This document shows positions 17,333 through 21,312 of a DNA stretch of 21,312 nt, piece after piece. The stretch is from an uncultured archaeon. Lineage in GTDB: Archaea > Micrarchaeota > Micrarchaeia > Micrarchaeales > CABMGC01. Within the stretch, counting starts at the first letter, position 1. Every line of letters starts with the position of its first letter. The stretch covers positions 1 to 21,312 of the forward strand of contig CAWBCT010000018.1 in NCBI GenBank assembly GCA_963787445.1, in the 5' to 3' direction. The notes under the pieces are model-generated. The model was not told where the DNA came from. It searched no databases and worked only from the letters and a program-made list of their open reading frames with translations. A program made the translations under genes and the position numbers.

Positions 17333-18946
17333 ATGAAGTTCAAGAACGAGTTCACCTACCGTAAGTTCCTTGAGGAAGGGAAAGAGACGGAATTCGATAG
17401 GCATTTCGATAATAGCGTGGCCAAGATTCGTAGTGGAACGCTCGGGAAGACCTTCCCAATTTACATAAACGGTAAAGAAGTCCGCACAAAAGAGGAATTA
17501 GTCGAGTATTCTCCTATTAACGGCTCCTTGATCGGCAGATTCCAGAAAGGTGATAGAAACACAGCCATAGAGGCCATCTCAGCCGCCAAGGCAGCCTTCC
17601 ACTCATGGTCAACCACTAACTACAAAGACAGGATCAAAATCCTCAGAAACGCTGCCTCCATAATCTCCACCAAGAAGTTCGAGCTCGCCGCCATCCTCAG
17701 CATAGAGAATGGGAAGACGCGCTACGAGTCTATCGGAGAGGTGGACGAGGCGATAGACTTCATCAACTACTACTGCATAGAGATGGAGCGTAACAAGGGT
17801 TTCATCAGGAGGTCAAAGCTTATCGGCACTAAAGAAACCGTAAAAGCCGGTTTCCAGGGGGCTCCTGGCCAGAAGGAGAAGGCCACCATACTATTCAAGC
17901 CCTACGGGGTCTTCGGGGTGATCGCACCCTTCAACTTCCCAGTCTCCATCTCAACGGGCATGAGCGTGGGGGCCATGCTCACGGGCAACACAGTGGTGTT
18001 CAAGCCCTCCTGCACGGACAACGTGTCCATGCTTACCGGCCTCAAGCTTTACGAGATCTTCAAGGAGGCAGGGCTTCCGGACGGGGTGTTTAACTACGTA
18101 ACAGGTCCAGGCTCAGAAGTGGGTGACGCCTTACTAACCAGCCCGGACGTCGCTGGCATCGCCTTCACCGGCTCCCGCGAGACCGGCCTGTCCATGATCG
18201 CCAAGTCCTACGCCCTCAGGCAGCAGAAGGTCTTCATAGTCGAGATGGGCGGGAAGAATGCCGCTATTGTTACTAAAAACGCCAACCTCGACGATGCGGC
18301 CTCGGGCATAAGCAGCGCGGCCTTCGGCTTCAGCGGGCAGAAGTGCAGCGCCTGCTCGCGCGTCTACGTGCACGAGTCCGTGAAGGAGGAGTTCGTGAGC
18401 AAGCTGCTGGAGAGGACCAGGTCATTGAAGATAGGGGATCCTTTAATCAAGGGCAACTACATCGGCCCGCTCATAAGCGTGAAGGCGCTGGAGAGGTACA
18501 AGGAGACGGTTACGCAGCTCAGGAAGGAGCACATAATGACAGGAGGCAATCTGGTGGAGACGGGCGTGGAGGGCCTTTACGTGGAGCCGGTGGTCGCAGA
18601 GGCAGAGCACGGCAACCCGCTGTTCAAGAAGGAGCTCTTCCTGCCAATATTGCTGGTTGACACTTACAAGAAGCTTGAGGATGCCATAAGGATGGCCAAC
18701 GACTCCGAGTACGGGCTCACGGCCGGACTGTACAGCAAGAAGACATCGGAGATCAAGCAGTTCCTAAACTCCATAGAAGCGGGCACGGTTTACGTTAATA
18801 GGGCCGTAAGCGCCACAACGGGTGCGATAGTGGGCTTCCACACCTTCGTGGGCTGGAAGGGCAGCGGGCTCACCGGGAAGGGCACCGGGAGCAGGGAGTA
18901 CCTCCAGCAGTTCATGCGCGAGCAGAGTCAGGCGGTGGTGAAGTAG
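17333..18946 (+). CDS. Aldehyde dehydrogenase, 1-pyrroline-5-carboxylate dehydrogenase-like
   Basis: Motifs EVDEAIDF, IAPFNFP, FTGS, EMGGKNA, AFGFSGQKCSACSR, ELFLP, YGLTAG, GWKGSG. Confidence 0.9.
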   Translation: MKFKNEFTYRKFLEEGKETEFDRHFDNSVAKIRSGTLGKTFPIYINGKEVRTKEELVEYSPINGSLIGRFQKGDRNTAIEAISAAKAAFHSWSTTNYKDRIKILRNAASIISTKKFELAAILSIENGKTRYESIGEVDEAIDFINYYCIEMERNKGFIRRSKLIGTKETVKAGFQGAPGQKEKATILFKPYGVFGVIAPFNFPVSISTGMSVGAMLTGNTVVFKPSCTDNVSMLTGLKLYEIFKEAGLPDGVFNYVTGPGSEVGDALLTSPDVAGIAFTGSRETGLSMIAKSYALRQQKVFIVEMGGKNAAIVTKNANLDDAASGISSAAFGFSGQKCSACSRVYVHESVKEEFVSKLLERTRSLKIGDPLIKGNYIGPLISVKALERYKETVTQLRKEHIMTGGNLVETGVEGLYVEPVVAEAEHGNPLFKKELFLPILLVDTYKKLEDAIRMANDSEYGLTAGLYSKKTSEIKQFLNSIEAGTVYVNRAVSATTGAIVGFHTFVGWKGSGLTGKGTGSREYLQQFMREQSQAVVK

Positions 18947-19583
18947 GACTTGGATTGGACATATAGTAAGATTTTGCATAAAGTCGTTCTTTTGGCAATT
19001 TTCTTGCGTCTCTAAGCGTATCTCGCACCTTCCTGCGGAAAGCAGGCTTGTACTTTTCAAGATAGGAGTTAAGCCTCCTTGAGTCAAGACCTGGAAGTAT
19101 GTTCTGCCATAGCTCATCCCTTATGGCGCCTCCGAAGTAGAGCATGTCTATTATTGTCTTTTCCAAATCAGACACAGGAACCCAGAATCCATCTCGCTTT
19201 ACAAGTCCATACCCAAAGAATAGTTCTGGCTTCATCCGGTATACCAGATAATTAGCACCTAAAAACGTCCGTAGACCCATTCGGACATTCTTTGGCGTGA
19301 TTACTATCGGATTTGTCCCTTGCATGGAGAGACCCCTTATTCTAAGAGCGTCCTCCAACCCGTAATATGAGGGAGAGAAAGCGAAGCATAGGACGACCAT
19401 GTCTTGATGGAACGTGTATATGCCCCTGGTTATCTTTGCTATAAGCCCCCGTTTGAGGAGGTTATGGATGAGGAGCCTGCGGTAACCCGCGCTAAGACCC
19501 TTTATGATCTTGAGTTCGTTGACGTTGAATACGGGTTTGGTAGTGCTAGAAAACTCCTCTTTGATATTCTGAAGGTATCTCAC
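18912..19583 (-). CDS. AbiEi-like type IV antitoxin / transcriptional regulator
   Basis: From GTG19583: N-terminal wHTH (VFNVNEL...LIHNLLKRGLIAKITRGIYT), PSYYGLEDAL, FFGY, VSDLEKTIIDM. The 3' end overlaps the ALDH gene by 35 nt, so the stop is uncertain. Confidence 0.85.
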   Translation of the reverse strand: MRYLQNIKEEFSSTTKPVFNVNELKIIKGLSAGYRRLLIHNLLKRGLIAKITRGIYTFHQDMVVLCFAFSPSYYGLEDALRIRGLSMQGTNPIVITPKNVRMGLRTFLGANYLVYRMKPELFFGYGLVKRDGFWVPVSDLEKTIIDMLYFGGAIRDELWQNILPGLDSRRLNSYLEKYKPAFRRKVRDTLRDARKLPKERLYAKSYYMSNPSPTSPPPDSARA

Positions 19584-20236
19584 TCTATCCCCCATTATCG
19601 TGTCTTTCATATCCTTAAGGGACGGAACAGGTCCGTTATAGACAATACTCTGAAGCTCCTTTTCGTTTACAGGTTCTTTGAGATGTTCTATGAACTTCTT
19701 CAGAGGCCTCCTAATGAGTTCCTTCTTACCCGAATAGGCAATCAACTGATATATATCGTAAATGTCTCTTGCATATTTTCTACTCTCGTATGCATCAATC
19801 TTCTCAAGTATGTACTGCTCAGCAGTAAGTGTGCGTAATTTCAGTGTTGTCCCATTATTCGTCCTCAAATTCCCTGAAGCTTCCATTTTCCTTGTCTTCT
19901 GGACACTTGATGTCTACGCTCAGTTTTGACTTTGAATTGGAGATATAAATTCTCAGAGATCTGTTTGTCGCAGATATTTTATCGGTGTAGATTCCGAGCC
20001 TTTGGAGGTTCGCTGCGATTGAGTTCTTAATTATCTTGATGCTCCTTTCCGATGCAACGTAAAGATCTATGTCAAATGAGAATCTGTTTCCTGGACAGCA
20101 TTGCCAGATTCCCGTTCTCCTCCATGGAGCACAAAACTGTTGTCTATAGCGAATATTGTGTTGATAAACAAGTCCTGAAGCTCAGCCAGATCTATGAACT
20201 CTTGGTTCTTCAAGTTAAGGCTATCGGAATTTTCAT
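19580..20236 (-). pseudogene. AbiEii-like nucleotidyltransferase toxin, broken by at least 3 frameshifts (real or sequencing error)
   Basis: Stitched frames give MKIPIA..NLKNQEFIDLAELQD...FVLHGG/TGIWQCCPGNRFSFDIDL...EKIDAYESRKYARDIYDIY, i.e. the GGT, RxSxDxD, EK and RDxYD motifs. Confidence 0.85.
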
Positions 20237-20244
20237 ATTACCAC

Positions 20245-20322
20245 AGTTATACTATAATATAATTATAGTAGGATATAAATATCTATCTTTTTTATTTACA
20301 ATAGTTATATTATAATATAATT
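20245..20322. promoter_or_regulatory. Twin palindromic operators flanking a TATA element upstream of the abiEii-abiEi operon
   Basis: AGTTATACTATAATATAATT (20245-20264) and AGTTATATTATAATATAATT (20303-20322) differ by 1 nt. The second contains the perfect 16-bp palindrome TTATATTATAATATAA. GATATAAATATC lies between them at 20272-20283. Confidence 0.75.
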
Positions 20323-20396
20323 TAGGTAAATATCAAAGGCTTTGAAGCGGGATGAGAAGACTTATATCGTTTTGACTTGCTTTAATACTGAATGAT

Positions 20397-20816
20397 ATGC
20401 GCGCTTAACGAAACTTATCTACGATCACACAAAGTTTGATACAGTTGAGATACTTGCTAAAGGTAAGAAACTCCGAGTCTGCCTGGCTGATTCTCCAACC
20501 AAGAACATGGTCGGATTAATGCACAGGCCAAAGATGGTGAGCCGATGGGATGCTCTTTACACCGGACAGGGAGGCAAGGCACGGGATCTGGATGCTGAAC
20601 ATGAAGTTCCCGATAGACATCCTCTGGCTTGACGGCTCAGGGAAGGTAGTTGACATTGCCCAGAATGCAAAACCATGCAAATCGATATTCAGCTGTCCCA
20701 CTTACAGGCCAAAGAGCGACGCAAGGTACGTTTTGGAGCTGCCTTCCGGCAACGCCAAGCGGTTTGGGCTTAGAGAAGGGGCCAAGGTGGACTTGACAAC
20801 AATTAATAATCTTTAA
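20397..20816 (+). CDS. DUF192-family protein, frameshifted near 20399 and 20543
   Basis: The upstream frame gives KKLRVCLADSPTKNMVGLMHRPKM. The downstream frame gives GMLF...IWMLNMKFPIDILWLD...YVLELPSG, typical of DUF192. Confidence 0.8.
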
Positions 20817-20830
20817 GTCGGGTGTTATTC

Positions 20831-21312
20831 ATGCCAAAAGCAAAAAGGATTCAGAAGCAGCCGTTCGGAAGACTGGGCAGATGGCTGTTCGTGATACTCT
20901 TCATTGAGCTGCTGGTCATCTGGGCGAGGGCAGGCATCGCCATATACTACCTTTCGGGCACTACAATACCGGTGCACTACGGCCTGAATGGCGCCCCCAA
21001 CGGCTACGGCAACAGCGGCGTGTTCTACATCCTCGCAGTGGCGTTCAGCATAGCCCCGGTCCTCATAATGCTCATCTCCTACTACCGCTTCAAGCTGATA
21101 AACGACTACCCGTACCTGATAAACATGCCCGCCTTCTACGCGAGCATCATGAAGGTCTCTGAAAGTAGGAAGGGCTACTGGATAAACCGCTACTTTGAGC
21201 TTGATACTGGCGCTGGGAGTGGTAGTCGCGCTGGTCTTCTACGCTGCTGGTTCAGCTGACCAACGCAGCCCAGACAGGCTATGCCAGCCCCGCGTTCGTC
21301 ACCTGGTTCCCG
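20831..21312 (+). CDS. DUF1648-like membrane protein, frameshifted near 21203 and probably running off the window
   Basis: TM segment then IPVHYGLNGAPNGYG, a second TM and YLINMP. Hydrophobic sequence continues in shifted frames (ILALGVVVALVF; LLVQLTNAAQTGYASPAFVTWFP). Confidence 0.75.

Noticed and set aside
18912-19886. 324-aa ORF suggesting a natural AbiEii-AbiEi fusion
   Set aside because: Removing one base from the C5 run at 19589-19593 gives ...ATG GGG ATA GAG TGA, whose stop overlaps the GTG antitoxin start (GTGA coupling). The region is full of indels, so the fusion is probably an artefact.
18134-20315. Overlapping ORFs 18134-18373, 18343-18660, 18764-19117, 19404-19838 and 20052-20315
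   Set aside because: They are shadows of the ALDH and AbiE genes or run through the operator region, with no independent coding evidence.

Overview
This is an archaeal chromosomal window. GGTG(A)-type RBSs, TATA-like promoters and an archaeal-type IleRS support that; a Micrarchaeota/DPANN-like origin is my inference. The GC-rich housekeeping backbone carries a partial HemK2-like methyltransferase, a hypothetical protein, endonuclease IV, an aldo/keto reductase, an EamA transporter, ileS, a NUDIX hydrolase, a P5C-dehydrogenase-like ALDH, DUF192 and DUF1648 genes. Three lower-GC accessory blocks interrupt it. (1) A HerA/FtsK-like ATPase fused to a PD-(D/E)xK-like C-terminal domain (1553-3181). 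(2) An ~8 kb AT-rich island (about 8290-16342) that appears to be one cargo-carrying transposon. It has an IS5/IS903-like DDE transposase with an N-terminal SWIM zinc finger, a divergent unannotated ribbon-helix-helix gene and IS903-like GGCTT(T)G hairpin-forming ends. Its cargo is an N4-cytosine-type methyltransferase, a 77-aa putative regulator, a damaged wHTH-like gene, a MORC-like GHKL ATPase and an acidic protein (candidate undescribed defence/modification system), plus small membrane genes. (3) An AbiEii-AbiEi type IV toxin-antitoxin pair in toxin-first order with twin palindromic operators. Two promoters in the island carry helically phased (10-bp and 11-bp) repeat arrays. The last ~1.8 kb has many small indels, probably consensus errors. 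All family calls are by motif recognition; no searches were run.
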